Source: Oleispira sp. (GTDB taxonomy: Bacteria > Pseudomonadota > Gammaproteobacteria > Pseudomonadales > Oceanobacteraceae). From it: 64,000 bases of DNA. The position numbers and the translations under genes were made by a program. The stretch is from the NCBI GenBank assembly GCA_047612075.1, contig JBLGAF010000006.1:22780-86779 (forward strand), given 5' to 3'. Under the pieces are notes generated by a model, which saw only the letters and a list, made by a program, of their open reading frames with translations, searched no databases and was not told the DNA's origin. Positions 32,466 to 46,787 of this stretch are shown one piece after another. The stretch's first letter is position 1. Each line of letters opens with the position of its first letter.

Positions 32466-35039
32466 ATGAGTAAAGCAGCAGCGACACACACCCCTATGAT
32501 GCAACAATACTTCCGCCTCAAAGCAGAAATCCCTGAGATTATGTTGTTCTACCGCATGGGAGATTTTTATGAGCTGTTTTATGATGATGCCCGCAACGCT
32601 TCCCGCTTACTAGACATCACCCTTACGGCTCGTGGCCACAGTGGTGGTGAACCTATCCCTATGGCTGGGATTCCTTATCATGCTGCCGAAGCCTATATCG
32701 GAAAATTAGTACGCCAAGGCGTTTCAGTCGGTATTGCAGAACAAATCGGCGATCCTGCTACCTCAAAAGGTCCAGTTGAACGTAAGGTCGTTCGCATCAT
32801 TACCCCAGGTACTTTAACGGATGAAGCCTTTTTAGATGAGCGTCGCGATAATTTGTTAGTGGCGGTCAATAAACAAAAACGGAATAAAGAAGACATTTAT
32901 GGCATCGCCATGCTGGATATTAGCTCTGGCCGTTTTGTGGTAATGGAAGTCTCCAATGAAGATTCTTTATTAGCCGAACTCGAGCGTATCAAACCCGCTG
33001 AGCTTTTATATAACGAAGATCAAGCATTTCCTGAAGCTCTTACTCATCGACCCGGGGCCAAGTCCCAAGCGCCTTGGCATTTTGAATCGGATACCGCTTT
33101 TCGTTTATTAACGACCCAACTGAAAACCAAAGATTTACGCGGTTTTGGCTGTGAGCATTTAATCGTTGCGGTTCAAGCAGCCGGTGCTCTTTTACAGTAT
33201 GCGCAAGATACTCAGCGCACTGGACTGCCTCATGTTCGTACGTTGTTAATAGAGCAGCCAGATGATGCCATTATCATAGATCCTGCCAGTCGCAAAAACC
33301 TTGAAATAGATATCAACCAACTAGGAGGTAGTGAACATACCTTAGCTTGGGTCATGGACAGAACTGCCACTTCCATGGGTAGTCGTTTATTACGTCGCTG
33401 GTTGAATCGCCCTATTCGCAATCGAAATATTCTTGATGAGCGCCAGCAGTTAATCACAGAAGCCATTGACGATTACCACTGGGAGCCTTTACATCAGCAA
33501 TTAAAAGGCATCGGTGATATTGAACGAATTCTTTCACGCATTGCCCTAGGTTCAGCCCGCCCAAGAGATTTAGCACGCCTGCGCGATGCCTTGGCACGCT
33601 TACCAGAATTACAAACACTGTTAACCAGCTTGAACGCGGATCGTGCTAAAGAACTGTCTGCGTTAATTAAACAGTATCCGCAATGGGTTGAGATGCTACA
33701 AAAAGCCATTATTGATAATCCTCCTGTCATTATCCGCGATGGTGGTGTTATAGCCCAAGGTTATGATGAAGAGTTAGATGAGCTTAGAGGCATCAGCAAA
33801 AACGCGGGGGATTATTTACTTGAAATAGAACAACGCGAAAAAGAAAAGACGGGGATTTCGACTTTAAAAGTCGGCTACAACCGTGTTCACGGCTACTTCA
33901 TCGAAATAAGTAAAGCACAGTCTGCAGCGGCTCCGGTTGAATACGTGCGTCGTCAAACTCTTAAAAATGCCGAACGTTTTATCACACCTGAACTAAAAGA
34001 ATTTGAAGATAAAGCGTTAAGTGCCAAGAGCCGCTCTCTGTCTCGTGAAAAGCATCTATACGAGCAGTTAGTTGTGCACTTGGCAGAAGACCTTTTTACA
34101 TTGCAAGATACCGCAACCGGATTGGCTGAATTAGATGTACTGATCAACCTAGCGGAACGTGCCAGTACCTTGCGTTTTACTCCACCCAAGTTGATTGCTG
34201 AGCGCGGTATCGAAATTGTCGCAGGTCGTCATCCGGTAGTGGAAGAGATTCTGGAAGATCCTTTTGTTGCTAACGATTTAGAACTCAATTCAGCGCACGA
34301 CATGCTGATTATTACTGGCCCAAACATGGGCGGTAAATCGACCTACATGCGCCAAAATGCACTCATCGTATTATTGGCTCACATTGGCAGCTACGTTCCT
34401 GCCGACCATGCGATCATTGGACCTGTAGACAGAATATTTACCCGTATGGGCTCAGCTGATGATTTAGCCGGCGGCCGCTCCACCTTTATGGTTGAAATGA
34501 CCGAAACCGCTAATATTTTGCATAACGCTACGCCGAACAGTTTGGTTCTAATGGATGAAGTGGGCCGTGGCACAAGTACCTTTGATGGTTTATCACTGGC
34601 TTGGGCCGCCGCGGTGCATTTAGCCAATGAAGTGCACGCGTTAACGTTATTCGCGACGCATTATTTTGAAATGACGACCTTACCTGAGCAAATTAATAAT
34701 GTAGTGAACGTCCACCTAACCGCCACTGAGCATGATGATCGTATTATCTTTTTGCACAACGTCGAGTCCGGCCCCGCTAGCCAAAGTTATGGTTTGCAAG
34801 TTGCACAACTTGCAGGGGTGCCTAAAATAGTTATTCAGCAGGCAAAAGATAAACTGCACTTATTAGAAAAAGATAGTTTTCATAAACCGTCGGTCGTAAG
34901 CGCAAGTCCTATGCAATCAGATATGTTCACTCAAGGGCCTTCTGTTATTGAGTTAGCCATTGCTGAACTTACCGTAGATGACTTAACACCGAGACAAGCT
35001 TTGGAAGAAATTTATCGACTTAAATCCATGTTGAGCTAA
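32466..35039 (+). CDS. mutS: DNA mismatch repair protein
   Basis: 'HTPMMQQY','RMGDFYELF','[14 protein letters not shown]','DEVGRGTST'. Confidence 0.98.
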   Translation: MSKAAATHTPMMQQYFRLKAEIPEIMLFYRMGDFYELFYDDARNASRLLDITLTARGHSGGEPIPMAGIPYHAAEAYIGKLVRQGVSVGIAEQIGDPATSKGPVERKVVRIITPGTLTDEAFLDERRDNLLVAVNKQKRNKEDIYGIAMLDISSGRFVVMEVSNEDSLLAELERIKPAELLYNEDQAFPEALTHRPGAKSQAPWHFESDTAFRLLTTQLKTKDLRGFGCEHLIVAVQAAGALLQYAQDTQRTGLPHVRTLLIEQPDDAIIIDPASRKNLEIDINQLGGSEHTLAWVMDRTATSMGSRLLRRWLNRPIRNRNILDERQQLITEAIDDYHWEPLHQQLKGIGDIERILSRIALGSARPRDLARLRDALARLPELQTLLTSLNADRAKELSALIKQYPQWVEMLQKAIIDNPPVIIRDGGVIAQGYDEELDELRGISKNAGDYLLEIEQREKEKTGISTLKVGYNRVHGYFIEISKAQSAAAPVEYVRRQTLKNAERFITPELKEFEDKALSAKSRSLSREKHLYEQLVVHLAEDLFTLQDTATGLAELDVLINLAERASTLRFTPPKLIAERGIEIVAGRHPVVEEILEDPFVANDLELNSAHDMLIITGPNMGGKSTYMRQNALIVLLAHIGSYVPADHAIIGPVDRIFTRMGSADDLAGGRSTFMVEMTETANILHNATPNSLVLMDEVGRGTSTFDGLSLAWAAAVHLANEVHALTLFATHYFEMTTLPEQINNVVNVHLTATEHDDRIIFLHNVESGPASQSYGLQVAQLAGVPKIVIQQAKDKLHLLEKDSFHKPSVVSASPMQSDMFTQGPSVIELAIAELTVDDLTPRQALEEIYRLKSMLS

Positions 35040-35189
35040 ACAAGACACCGAATATGCAAGTAACTGCATATCAATAGCAATTAATGATATAAGTTTATTC
35101 AATTTATAACCTTGCGGTATTTGAGCGTCATCACTAGAATGACGCCACCGTGATGGGCACTACCCAATGAGATGAGGAGTTCGACTGCA

Positions 35190-35519
35190 ATGACTTTTGT
35201 AGTAACTGATAACTGTATTAAATGTAAGTACACCGATTGTGTTGAAGTATGCCCAGTAGACTGTTTCTATGAAGGCCCAAACTTCTTGGTTATTGATCCA
35301 GATGAATGTATTGATTGCGCACTGTGTGAGCCTGAATGCCCAGCAGAAGCTATTTTCTCTGAAGATGAAGTGCCCGCTGACCAGCAGCAGTTTATCGAAT
35401 TGAACGTTGAGTTGTCTGAAAAGTGGCGTGATAACAATATTACTGAAATGAAAGATAAAACAGCCGATGCTGAAGACTGGGATGGCGTACCGGATAAGTT
35501 GCAGTACTTAGAACAGTAG
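35190..35519 (+). CDS. fdxA: 7Fe ferredoxin I
   Basis: '[29 protein letters not shown]...[12 protein letters not shown]'. Confidence 0.96.
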   Translation: MTFVVTDNCIKCKYTDCVEVCPVDCFYEGPNFLVIDPDECIDCALCEPECPAEAIFSEDEVPADQQQFIELNVELSEKWRDNNITEMKDKTADAEDWDGVPDKLQYLEQ

Positions 35520-35553
35520 TTTGACCGTCATTATTACTGAGCGCCTTTCTTTA

Positions 35554-35594
35554 CCCTAAAGCTTTCCTCTCCCTGAAGCTTCCCTCTCCCTAGG
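35554..35594. repeat. Approx. 17-bp imperfect tandem repeat, GGA-rich on the - strand
   Basis: CCCT-AAAGCTTTCCTCTCCCT-GAAGCTTCCCTCTCCCT. Confidence 0.6.
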
Positions 35595-35605
35595 GTTAGA
35601 CGCAT

Positions 35606-35634
35606 AAAAAAGGGCTACTTCCTGTAGCCCCTTT
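35606..35634. terminator. Terminator after rpoS (possibly bidirectional)
   Basis: AAAAAAGGGCTAC-ttcct-GTAGCCCCTTT. Confidence 0.8.
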
Positions 35635-35652
35635 AGCACGCTCATTTAATGC

Positions 35653-36639
35653 CTATGCATCACCAAAAATGGTACTCGCATTCAGCCCTTGGCCTTCCAT
35701 AATTTCACGTAAACGTTTTAATGCTTCAACTTGAATCTGACGCACACGTTCGCGCGTCAAACCAATCTCACGACCCACTTCTTCTAAAGTGCTAGTTTCA
35801 TATCCCCTAAGGCCAAAACGACGGGAAACGACTTCTCGCTGCTTCTCAGTTAGCTCATCAAGCCAATTGAAGAGGCTACCAGTGATATCATTATTTTGAA
35901 GCGTGGTACAAGGGTCTGCGCTGCGATCGTCTGCAACGGTATCCAATAAGCATTTATCAGAATTTGGACCCAGCGGTGTATCGACAGAAGTCACACGCTC
36001 ATTTAACGCTAGCATGCGCTTAACATCGGCAACAGGTCGCTCTAACAGGTCTGCAATTTCTTCCGCTGAAGGTTCATGATCCAGCTTTTGTGCTAGCTCA
36101 CGCGCCGCACGTAAATAGACATTGAGTTCTTTAACAACGTGAATTGGTAAACGAATAGTGCGAGTTTGGTTCATAATGGCACGTTCAATCGTCTGACGAA
36201 TCCACCAAGTAGCATAGGTAGAAAAACGGAAACCACGCTCAGGATCAAATTTTTCTACGGCTCGAATCAAGCCTAAGTTGCCCTCTTCAATCAAGTCCAA
36301 TAGCGATAAACCACGATTGACGTAACGGCGTGAAATTTTCACAACTAAGCGTAAGTTACTTTCAATCATTCGCTTCCGACCTTTTTCGTCCCCTTTACGG
36401 GCTAGACGAGCAAAGTGTACTTCTTCTTCTGGAGATAAAAGTGGCGAAAAGCCAATTTCATTTAAATAAAGTTGCGTGGCATCTAAGGCTTTGGCGGCAC
36501 TCGGCTCGGCGATAAATCGTTCCTGCGGAGCCTTGCTTGTTCGTGCTAAGGGCGCTGCTGATTTTTTTGCTTTCGCTTTAGTCGGTGCTTCAATTACGTC
36601 ATCGAAGGTTTCTGCACTGATTTCCTGTTGAGCTGCCAT
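35653..36639 (-). CDS. rpoS: RNA polymerase sigma factor RpoS
   Basis: '[11 protein letters not shown]','[12 protein letters not shown]','[18 protein letters not shown]','[10 protein letters not shown]'; nlpD-rpoS synteny. Confidence 0.97.
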   Translation of the reverse strand: MAAQQEISAETFDDVIEAPTKAKAKKSAAPLARTSKAPQERFIAEPSAAKALDATQLYLNEIGFSPLLSPEEEVHFARLARKGDEKGRKRMIESNLRLVVKISRRYVNRGLSLLDLIEEGNLGLIRAVEKFDPERGFRFSTYATWWIRQTIERAIMNQTRTIRLPIHVVKELNVYLRAARELAQKLDHEPSAEEIADLLERPVADVKRMLALNERVTSVDTPLGPNSDKCLLDTVADDRSADPCTTLQNNDITGSLFNWLDELTEKQREVVSRRFGLRGYETSTLEEVGREIGLTRERVRQIQVEALKRLREIMEGQGLNASTIFGDA

Positions 36640-36717
36640 ATCTCGTCCCGCCTTTTTTATTTCGTTCTGGTTGTTTCTGTTATGACTCAGATTTCATACC
36701 AAAACGTTTGATTAAAC

Positions 36718-37530
36718 CTACCCACCTCCAGCGCGCCGTTTCGGCAGAAACTGAAGAGGGTCAACTGGTCTACCATTTCGACGAATCTCAAAGTGGAGTT
36801 TCACTCGATTCGTCCCAGTAGATCCTATTTCGGCAATTATCTGCCCCGCTTTAATTTTTTCTTTCTCGCGGACCAGAATGCGACTGGTGTGGGCGTATGC
36901 ACTAAGGAATTTTGAATCGTGCTTTATGATCACTAAATTGCCATAACCACGAAGTCCTTTACCTGCATAAACGACCGTCCCTGACGCACCTGCACTTACA
37001 GATTCCCCCAATTCACCGGCGATATCAATACCCTTGTTTTGTGAATCATTAGCTAAAAAGCGCCCAATAACCTTGCCTTTTGCAGGCCATTTCCAACCTT
37101 TTTGAGTACCTAACAAGGGGTTAACTGTCGTATTTTGACGAGGTTCAACTCGACTAGCAGTAGGTTTTTCCTTCTTTGGCTTCCATTTCGACGTTTTTCC
37201 GGCACTGCTAACAATTGATGATTTTTTAACTAGGGGAGGATTCACTATGTCAATTTTTTGTCCCACATAAATGGTATATGGTTTTACGATTGAGTTAGTG
37301 TTGGCTAACTCGTGGTAATCCCACCCATATGTCCATGCAATGGAGAACAAAGTGTCACCTTTTTCCACTCGATGAAAACCTGTCGTTTTTTTGCTTTCAC
37401 TGAACTTCTCTTCAGTTGATATGAATTCGCGGCTACTGAGACAACCTGTCATAACTACACAAATGGCGATGATTGATACATAAGTTGCAGTCTGAAACAT
37501 TTGGTTTCGAAAGTTATTTTTTTGACACAT
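36718..37530 (-). CDS. nlpD: LysM + M23 peptidase lipoprotein NlpD
   Basis: Lipobox 'MTGC', LysM 'VEKGDTLFSIAW', 'WKWPAKG','GYGNLVIIKH','LHFEIR'; start may be the second Met. Confidence 0.92.
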   Translation of the reverse strand: MCQKNNFRNQMFQTATYVSIIAICVVMTGCLSSREFISTEEKFSESKKTTGFHRVEKGDTLFSIAWTYGWDYHELANTNSIVKPYTIYVGQKIDIVNPPLVKKSSIVSSAGKTSKWKPKKEKPTASRVEPRQNTTVNPLLGTQKGWKWPAKGKVIGRFLANDSQNKGIDIAGELGESVSAGASGTVVYAGKGLRGYGNLVIIKHDSKFLSAYAHTSRILVREKEKIKAGQIIAEIGSTGTNRVKLHFEIRRNGRPVDPLQFLPKRRAGGG

Positions 37531-37738
37531 ATAAATGACAGCTTTATGCTTTTTAAAAATGCATGTATTGTTTTAATAAAATACCATTAAAACACTTTTT
37601 TATATTCTTTTTTAATCTAAAAAAGACCTAGAAAATCGTCTTTCTTTTGCAATTAAGACTGGCATCCCGACACTCAGCGTCTACTATGAGGTAAGTCTTT
37701 CCAACATGTGGAGGACACATTCTCAAATGATGTCTTTT

Positions 37739-38647
37739 TCAATCCTTGTTTTGATGATTAGAAACTTTTTCTAACAAGAAAACACAAGAAAATCCTACAC
37801 AAGACATAAAAAAAGCCAATATTATCTGGTCACTATTTACCCATTCAGGCAAGCGATTGAGCTGTTCAAAGGGAACTTCAAGCCCATTACTGTTAAGTCG
37901 ATAGCTAATGGTTTCTTTCCAAGGCCATACTTTTAACAGTGCCCCCAGCATAAAACCAGTCAATAAACTGAACATCAAATCCTGATAATGATGCAGCAAC
38001 CAGCTTAATAAACGTGAAAATAACATCAAGCCAATAACAGCTCCAAGTGCGAAAATCGACATAATATCTAACTGCATTCCTTTCACTGCGGCTAATACAG
38101 GAGCATACAAGCCCATTAATAAGAGAATAAAGCTGCCGGAAATACCTGGTAAAATCATCGCGCAAATAGCAATACTGCCAGCAAAGAATATATTGAGGTA
38201 GTTAGCGTCAATACTAGACGGGCTGGCAATGCTAATAAAGCCCGCACAGAGTGCACCCATTATCAGCGTGGCAAAGGTAACATTATGCCACTGCTTGATT
38301 TGTCTGCCTATGTGCAGACTTGAAGCGAGGATCAAACCAAAGAAAAAAGACCATAATAAAATCGTGTGCTGATCTAACAGGTAATGAATGACTTTTGCTA
38401 ACGTCAAGATGGCACTCAAAATACCTAACAGTAATACCAGCAGGAAAGTACCATTAATAGCTTGCCAAGCAGCTTTCGGGCCTTGCTTATATAATGTGAC
38501 TAGCGCGCTTATATTAACGGATTTAATAGAATCTAATAGTTCGGTATAAATTCCGGTAATAAAGGCAATGGTGCCTCCAGAAACGCCTGGCACAACATCG
38601 GCACTGCCCATGGCAATGCCCTTTAAATACAACCATAAATATTTCAA
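37739..38647 (-). CDS. DUF368 membrane protein
   Basis: 'MG.ADVVPGVSGGTIAFITGIY','AMILPGISGSFILL'. Confidence 0.9.
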   Translation of the reverse strand: MKYLWLYLKGIAMGSADVVPGVSGGTIAFITGIYTELLDSIKSVNISALVTLYKQGPKAAWQAINGTFLLVLLLGILSAILTLAKVIHYLLDQHTILLWSFFFGLILASSLHIGRQIKQWHNVTFATLIMGALCAGFISIASPSSIDANYLNIFFAGSIAICAMILPGISGSFILLLMGLYAPVLAAVKGMQLDIMSIFALGAVIGLMLFSRLLSWLLHHYQDLMFSLLTGFMLGALLKVWPWKETISYRLNSNGLEVPFEQLNRLPEWVNSDQIILAFFMSCVGFSCVFLLEKVSNHQNKD

Positions 38648-38685
38648 ATGTATTCCTTACTCTCTTTAAGCACAGAGCCTGTGCT

Positions 38686-38714
38686 AAAAAAAAACCTGCA
38701 GATTGCAGGTTTTT
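38686..38714 (-). terminator. Intrinsic terminator after pcm
   Basis: AAAAAAAAACCTGCA-gat-TGCAGGTTTTT. Confidence 0.75.
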
Positions 38715-38748
38715 CATCGATTAATTAAACACGATCATAGCCAGCTGT

Positions 38749-39414
38749 TTAAGATTTTTTAATCCCAGTCAGAAAAGGCACGAAATTCACTTCTTCTAAT
38801 ACTTGTCGCTGCCACTTATCACCGGTACGAGTTACTAATACCAAAGATTGTTTGTCGCCACCCACCGGTAAAATCATTCGCCCGCCCTCAGTCATTTGAT
38901 CGAGCAGCCCTTGCGGGATTATTTCAGGCGAGGCCGCAGCAATAATACCGTCATAAGGACCGGACTGCTCCCACCCCCATTGGCCATCAGAAAGTTTAAA
39001 GCTAACATTTTTCAGCTTTAACTGGCGAATTCGTTGTCGTGCTTTGTTCAATAAAGGCTCAATACGCTCGACACTATAAAGTCTTTTTACCAAGGGGGCC
39101 AAGATGGCTGTTTGATAACCTGAACCGGTGCCCACTTCAAGTACATTATTCAGTGGACCTGCAGCCAATAGCAGTTCGGTCATTTTGGCAACGATATAAG
39201 GCTGACTAATCGTTTGTCCATTACCAATGGGCAAAGAAGTATCTTCGTAAGCACGATGCGCTAATGCTTCATCAATAAATATATGGCGCGGGGTTGAAGC
39301 CATCACATCTAATACTTGTTGATTTTCAATGCCTCGTTCGCGCAATCTCTGTATTAAGCGATTACGAGTGCGCTGAGACGTCATCCCTATGCCAAATAGT
39401 TGCTGATCATTCAC
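38749..39414 (-). CDS. pcm: Protein-L-isoaspartate O-methyltransferase
   Basis: '[11 protein letters not shown]','[10 protein letters not shown]'. Confidence 0.96.
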   Translation of the reverse strand: MNDQQLFGIGMTSQRTRNRLIQRLRERGIENQQVLDVMASTPRHIFIDEALAHRAYEDTSLPIGNGQTISQPYIVAKMTELLLAAGPLNNVLEVGTGSGYQTAILAPLVKRLYSVERIEPLLNKARQRIRQLKLKNVSFKLSDGQWGWEQSGPYDGIIAAASPEIIPQGLLDQMTEGGRMILPVGGDKQSLVLVTRTGDKWQRQVLEEVNFVPFLTGIKKS

Positions 39415-39469
39415 CTGTTGATCCTTGTAAAATTATCCGCTATCTACTGTTTTATTTAGTCGAGGGTTA

Positions 39470-40219
39470 TTAAATACCCGTTAACGGGGTTAAGCATTCT
39501 AATGCATTTTTATGAGTCATATCTGCTTGAATTGGCGTAATACTCACTTTTCCTTGCTCAATAGCATGAAAATCTGTGCCTTCGCCTGCATCTGTGCCTT
39601 CCCCTGCAGCCGATATCCAATAACATTCTTTACCACGAGGATTAGTTGTCAACACAGGATTATCAGAACGAGATCTATGGCCTAAGCGGGTAATCTCAAT
39701 CCCTTTCAATTGTTCAAAGGGAACATCTGGCACATTGATATTAATAAGCGTTCGTTCGGGTAGCACTAAGGCTTCTATTTGTGGCAGTAAAATAACTAAT
39801 ACTTTAGCCGCTGTGGCAAAGTGTGTTTTACCCACCAAGGAGATTGCAATAGGGGCTTTATCTAAAAAACGCCCTTCCATAGCCGCCGCAACGGTACCAG
39901 AGTAAATCACATCGTCACCAAGGTTGGCTCCTGAGTTAATGCCAGCGATGACACGCTCAATGGCAAATTCTTCACTGCGGTATAGGGCATTCAAACCAAG
40001 GTGCACACAATCTGTAGGGGTGCCATTAATAGCAATAAAGCCATTATCGAGGTGCAAAGGGTGCAAAGGACGATCAAGGGTTAATGAATTGGAAACACCA
40101 CTGCAATCACGATCAGGGGCGATGACATGGCATTCATAGCCCGCCTCCTTCAGAGAGAGTGTCAGTTGAGCCAGACCAGGAGCGTGAGCTCCGTCATCAT
40201 TAGATAAGAGGAATGCCAT
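39470..40219 (-). CDS. surE: 5'/3'-nucleotidase
   Basis: 'LSNDDG','NGTPTDCV','GINSGANLG','YSGTVAAAMEG'. Confidence 0.96.
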   Translation of the reverse strand: MAFLLSNDDGAHAPGLAQLTLSLKEAGYECHVIAPDRDCSGVSNSLTLDRPLHPLHLDNGFIAINGTPTDCVHLGLNALYRSEEFAIERVIAGINSGANLGDDVIYSGTVAAAMEGRFLDKAPIAISLVGKTHFATAAKVLVILLPQIEALVLPERTLININVPDVPFEQLKGIEITRLGHRSRSDNPVLTTNPRGKECYWISAAGEGTDAGEGTDFHAIEQGKVSITPIQADMTHKNALECLTPLTGI

Positions 40220-41352
40220 TATTCGTCCTTTCCTTTAATTTTTTTTTCAATGTTAGTCTCGCTTAAAGGTGAACTTATAGATTCACTTGCATTATAAACA
40301 AAAGGTTTATCTTCATAGCGATCAGGTTCTGTTACTTGAATAAACTCGTGTAATACAGAGGTTGCGTAATGACCTGAAGCTAATGCAAAGCTAATGCTCA
40401 GATCACAGGAGTGAGCTCCCTCGAGCCACTGCCATTGCATATGCTCAATATTCGATACTATTTGGCGGCGTTCTTGGTTTAAGCCAGCGTGTTCCATGCC
40501 GTTGCATAGGTCTTTTAAAGGTTCTGCAATAGCCTGCTCAAGCGCTAAGGTTTCTGATTCGGAGTTTAAGCGTCCTCGACCCCACATAGGTGCAGTGGTC
40601 TTGTTGGCATCTTGAGTCTCGTTAATCGATATATCAATATCACCGGCCAATGATTTACCCCAGAGGCCTTTATTAATTCGAGCAGCTAAGACTTGATTAA
40701 AGATGTAAGAACGCGCGGAGGATAAATAAATACCTTTCTTTTGACGATTTTTTTCACGACGTTGGCCTGTCAACATGGCCAAAGCCTGATCCATATTACC
40801 GCCCCCACGACCAAAGCGTTGTAGACCAAAATAATTGGGTACACCGTTTAGTTTAATCTTTTGTAGGTTATCTTCGACCGCTTGCTGCAAATAAACAGCA
40901 TCATTATTTTGTAACAAGTCAGAATTTTCCGCAGGCTTAATATCACGCAGTACAATATTAAAACGGTTGCCGATTAGATCACCACGGCGTAATTTTTTGC
41001 TATGACGAGTTTGCACGAGTATTTCTATATCTTCTTCAGGAAAAGGACGCGACTCTAAAACCTTTTCAATTTTAGGTGCATAAATACTGAACCATTGTGT
41101 CGTCACAGCGTAACGATCTTTTTGCCCCGCATAGCTCACATCATGTTCTTTAACACCGAATTTCTCAGACAGCAAACGGGCAACCCAGTGGGTATTCACT
41201 TCGCGTTTTTTAATATGAAGGTAGATGTGTTCGCCTTCACCACAAGGTGACATCAAAGGAATTTCGCTTACCTGAAAATCTTCCGGATTAAGTTTTAACA
41301 TGCCGTGAGCATGTGTTTCAGGGTAGGCTTTAGGCCAGTCAAAATTCCACAT
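40219..41352 (-). CDS. truD: tRNA pseudouridine(13) synthase
   Basis: 'PEDFQV','YAGQKDRYAVTTQW','GNRF','PNYFGLQRFG','GHYAT'. Confidence 0.95.
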   Translation of the reverse strand: MWNFDWPKAYPETHAHGMLKLNPEDFQVSEIPLMSPCGEGEHIYLHIKKREVNTHWVARLLSEKFGVKEHDVSYAGQKDRYAVTTQWFSIYAPKIEKVLESRPFPEEDIEILVQTRHSKKLRRGDLIGNRFNIVLRDIKPAENSDLLQNNDAVYLQQAVEDNLQKIKLNGVPNYFGLQRFGRGGGNMDQALAMLTGQRREKNRQKKGIYLSSARSYIFNQVLAARINKGLWGKSLAGDIDISINETQDANKTTAPMWGRGRLNSESETLALEQAIAEPLKDLCNGMEHAGLNQERRQIVSNIEHMQWQWLEGAHSCDLSISFALASGHYATSVLHEFIQVTEPDRYEDKPFVYNASESISSPLSETNIEKKIKGKDE

Positions 41353-41375
41353 AATGTTTCTCTAATCTTTTCAAA

Positions 41376-41852
41376 TTATTTAATAGTCATTAGCAAGGCA
41401 ACAGCGTGCACAGATATGCCTTCTTTACGGCCTTCGAAACCAAGCTTTTCTGTAGTCGTTGCTTTAACGTTTACTTGGTTTAGTGCGCAGTTAAGGTCTT
41501 CTGTAATAGACTCACGCATGGCTTCGATATGCGGCGCCATTTTCGGTGCTTGGGCAATAATGGTAATATCGACATTGCCAATTTGGTAACCCTGCTCTGT
41601 TACTAAAGTCATCACATGGCGTAATAATCCACGACTGTCGGCACCCGCAAATTCATCATCGGTATCAGGAAAGTGTTTTCCTATATCACCTAATGCACAG
41701 GCGCCTAATAGCGCATCACACAGTGCATGCAAGGCAACATCTCCATCTGAGTGGGCAATCAGACCATGGCTGTAAGGGATTTTCACACCCCCTAATGTTA
41801 TAAAATTGCCTTCACCAAATTTATGCACATCAAAACCATGACCAATACGCAT
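41376..41852 (-). CDS. ispF: MECDP synthase
   Basis: '[10 protein letters not shown]','HSDGDV','[15 protein letters not shown]'. Confidence 0.97.
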   Translation of the reverse strand: MRIGHGFDVHKFGEGNFITLGGVKIPYSHGLIAHSDGDVALHALCDALLGACALGDIGKHFPDTDDEFAGADSRGLLRHVMTLVTEQGYQIGNVDITIIAQAPKMAPHIEAMRESITEDLNCALNQVNVKATTTEKLGFEGRKEGISVHAVALLMTIK

Positions 41853-41868
41853 CGATATACTCTCTATC

Positions 41869-42648
41869 TTAAAAATTATTTAAATAAAATTCAGCCAACT
41901 TCAAATCTTCAGGACGTGTTATTTTTAAATTATCACTGCGCCCACTCACCAGCTTAGGCTTGGCACCCGCATACTCCATCGCCGATGCGTCGTCTGTTAC
42001 CTCAAAACCATCAGCCAATGCCGCCTGTAGATTATTTAACAAAGATGTTAACGGAAACATCTGCGGTGTTAGCGCATGCCAAAGTTGCTCGCGATCAACG
42101 GTATGATCAACCCGAGTATCAATCTTGCTATTAGCACAACCACGCTTCATCGTATCGCGAACTGGCGTCGCCAAAATGCCACCATCGGGATGACTTTTAA
42201 CCGCTAAAAATAATTGATCTAAATCGCTATAAGATAAACAAGGGCGAGCAACATCGTGCACTGCAACCCAAACTTGATCAGAACCCTTTTCTTTTTTTTC
42301 TGCGATATTGATAGCGGTCAGAGCGTTCAAAACAGAGTAACAACGCTCATTGCCACCTTCGACAACTAAAATTCGTTCGTCCTTATCGTAACCACAAGCA
42401 GTACTAATTTCTTGCCAATAAGGATCACCTTTAGTGACGACAACAACCGCTTTATAAAAGCCCGCTGCTGAAACATCAGTATTCAAAGAAGGATAGGCTA
42501 AAACATGATCCAGAGTATGCTCGATAACTGATTTAGTGATCCCTTTTACCGTCATCGATAAATACTGTTTTGGCCGATCGGCTTGCATGCGTGAACCTAT
42601 GCCCGCTGCCGGTAACACTAACCATGTATGAATTGAGCTGAAAGGCAT
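41869..42648 (-). CDS. ispD: MEP cytidylyltransferase
   Basis: 'PAAGIGSRM...PKQY','VHDVARP','TPQMF','TDDASA','[10 protein letters not shown]'. Confidence 0.96.
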   Translation of the reverse strand: MPFSSIHTWLVLPAAGIGSRMQADRPKQYLSMTVKGITKSVIEHTLDHVLAYPSLNTDVSAAGFYKAVVVVTKGDPYWQEISTACGYDKDERILVVEGGNERCYSVLNALTAINIAEKKEKGSDQVWVAVHDVARPCLSYSDLDQLFLAVKSHPDGGILATPVRDTMKRGCANSKIDTRVDHTVDREQLWHALTPQMFPLTSLLNNLQAALADGFEVTDDASAMEYAGAKPKLVSGRSDNLKITRPEDLKLAEFYLNNF

Positions 42649-42698
42649 TTAATGACCGCATTCTTTAGTTTATTTAAGCTGTATTTTATCAAGAACTT

Positions 42699-42983
42699 CT
42701 ATTTATCAAGAATGAGATAAAAGCTCTCATCTTTACCAATAAAGCCTAAATCTTCACGGGCTTTTTCTTCAATTAACTCATCACTGTGATGCAGGTCGTC
42801 AACCTCTGCACGTAACCAATCATTACGTACTTGCTGAGCCGCAATATCTTGCTCAAGCTCGGTCATTTGCTGCTGTAACTGCCAACTTGCAACGACCCCA
42901 GTATCGTCCCACCATAAACGGTACTGCAAAACTAGAATTAATAAGACGGGTATAGATAAAGATAAAATCCACTTTAAAGCCAT
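42699..42983 (-). CDS. ftsB: Cell division protein FtsB
   Basis: TM + 'LQYRLW' + coiled coil + 'IEEKAREDLG'; eno-ftsB-ispD synteny. Confidence 0.9.
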   Translation of the reverse strand: MALKWILSLSIPVLLILVLQYRLWWDDTGVVASWQLQQQMTELEQDIAAQQVRNDWLRAEVDDLHHSDELIEEKAREDLGFIGKDESFYLILDK

Positions 42984-43022
42984 GTTAATCCCTCTTTTTA
43001 ATATTCAGTTTATGGCTTAAGC

Positions 43023-43071
43023 AAAAAGGGAAGCGAATTTTTATCGAAATAAAAATCCAACTTCCCTTTTT
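43023..43071 (-). terminator. Terminator after eno
   Basis: AAAAAGGGAAG...CTTCCCTTTTT. Confidence 0.7.
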
Positions 43072-43099
43072 CATACTTTGTAATCAATCAAGATACCCG

Positions 43100-44470
<1,371 letters not shown>

Positions 44471-44504
44471 TCAATTATTTAACGTTAATTTAATTCAATT
44501 CTTT

Positions 44505-46163
<1,659 letters not shown>

Positions 46164-46371
46164 TTAAATTACAGAATGCAAGTTTCTGTACAATATGGCG
46201 CTACATCATACGGATTTTGGCCCTTACGAACAAATGAAACTTGTCGCAAATGGTTAAAAAGTCCCAAAACTCACATTATAAGCCTCGGTGAGTATTAACC
46301 AACCCGTTTTGTTTTACAGTCCGCTCACCTAATTTTTTAAACCTGTATTAACCGCTTGTTAAAAGAATCTT

Positions 46372-46732
46372 ATGAATCATTCAAGTATCGATACCGCCAA
46401 TAAGCAAGGCTACGCCTTCGGAGCAGCTTTACTATTTTCTGGCAAACCTATCATCATTAAATGGGCCTATAGCTAAGGCATAGACGCATTAAGCCTGATG
46501 TTGTTGCGTATGACTCTGGCGCTATCGGTTTATTTACTGATAGGTACAATACTGATTCAGAAACAAAAGCTTCTGCAACAAAAGGCTAGACATCGGTTTG
46601 CTGCTGCGTTTGTCGGTTTTAAAGTAATAGCTGGGGACTCAGCCACGAACTGATGGCTATAATAGGCATAATTGGTCAAGTAATGACCAGTATAATGGCC
46701 GTGGTGCTATTGAATGAAGTATTCACGGTTTA
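46372..46732 (+). pseudogene. EamA/DMT transporter pseudogene
   Basis: MNHSS...GAALLFSGKPIIIKWAYS*GIDALSLMLLRMTLAL (in-frame TAA 46474-46476), then a C-terminal-like segment MAIIGIIGQVMTSIMAVVLLNEVFTV*, implying a large internal deletion. Confidence 0.7.
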
Positions 46733-46787
46733 GGTATAGTCTTGGGCATACTAGGAGTGATCCGGTTAAAACCGAAAAAGTAATTAA

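Noticed and set aside
32283-32507. 74-aa ORF between recA and mutS as a possible cinA remnant
   Set aside because: No CinA/PncC motif (e.g. AESCTGG); overlaps the mutS start.
39572-39610. 18-bp near-duplication in surE (GEGTDAGEGTD)
   Set aside because: In frame and matches the usual SurE 'G...DAG.GTDF' segment; no sign of a separate element.
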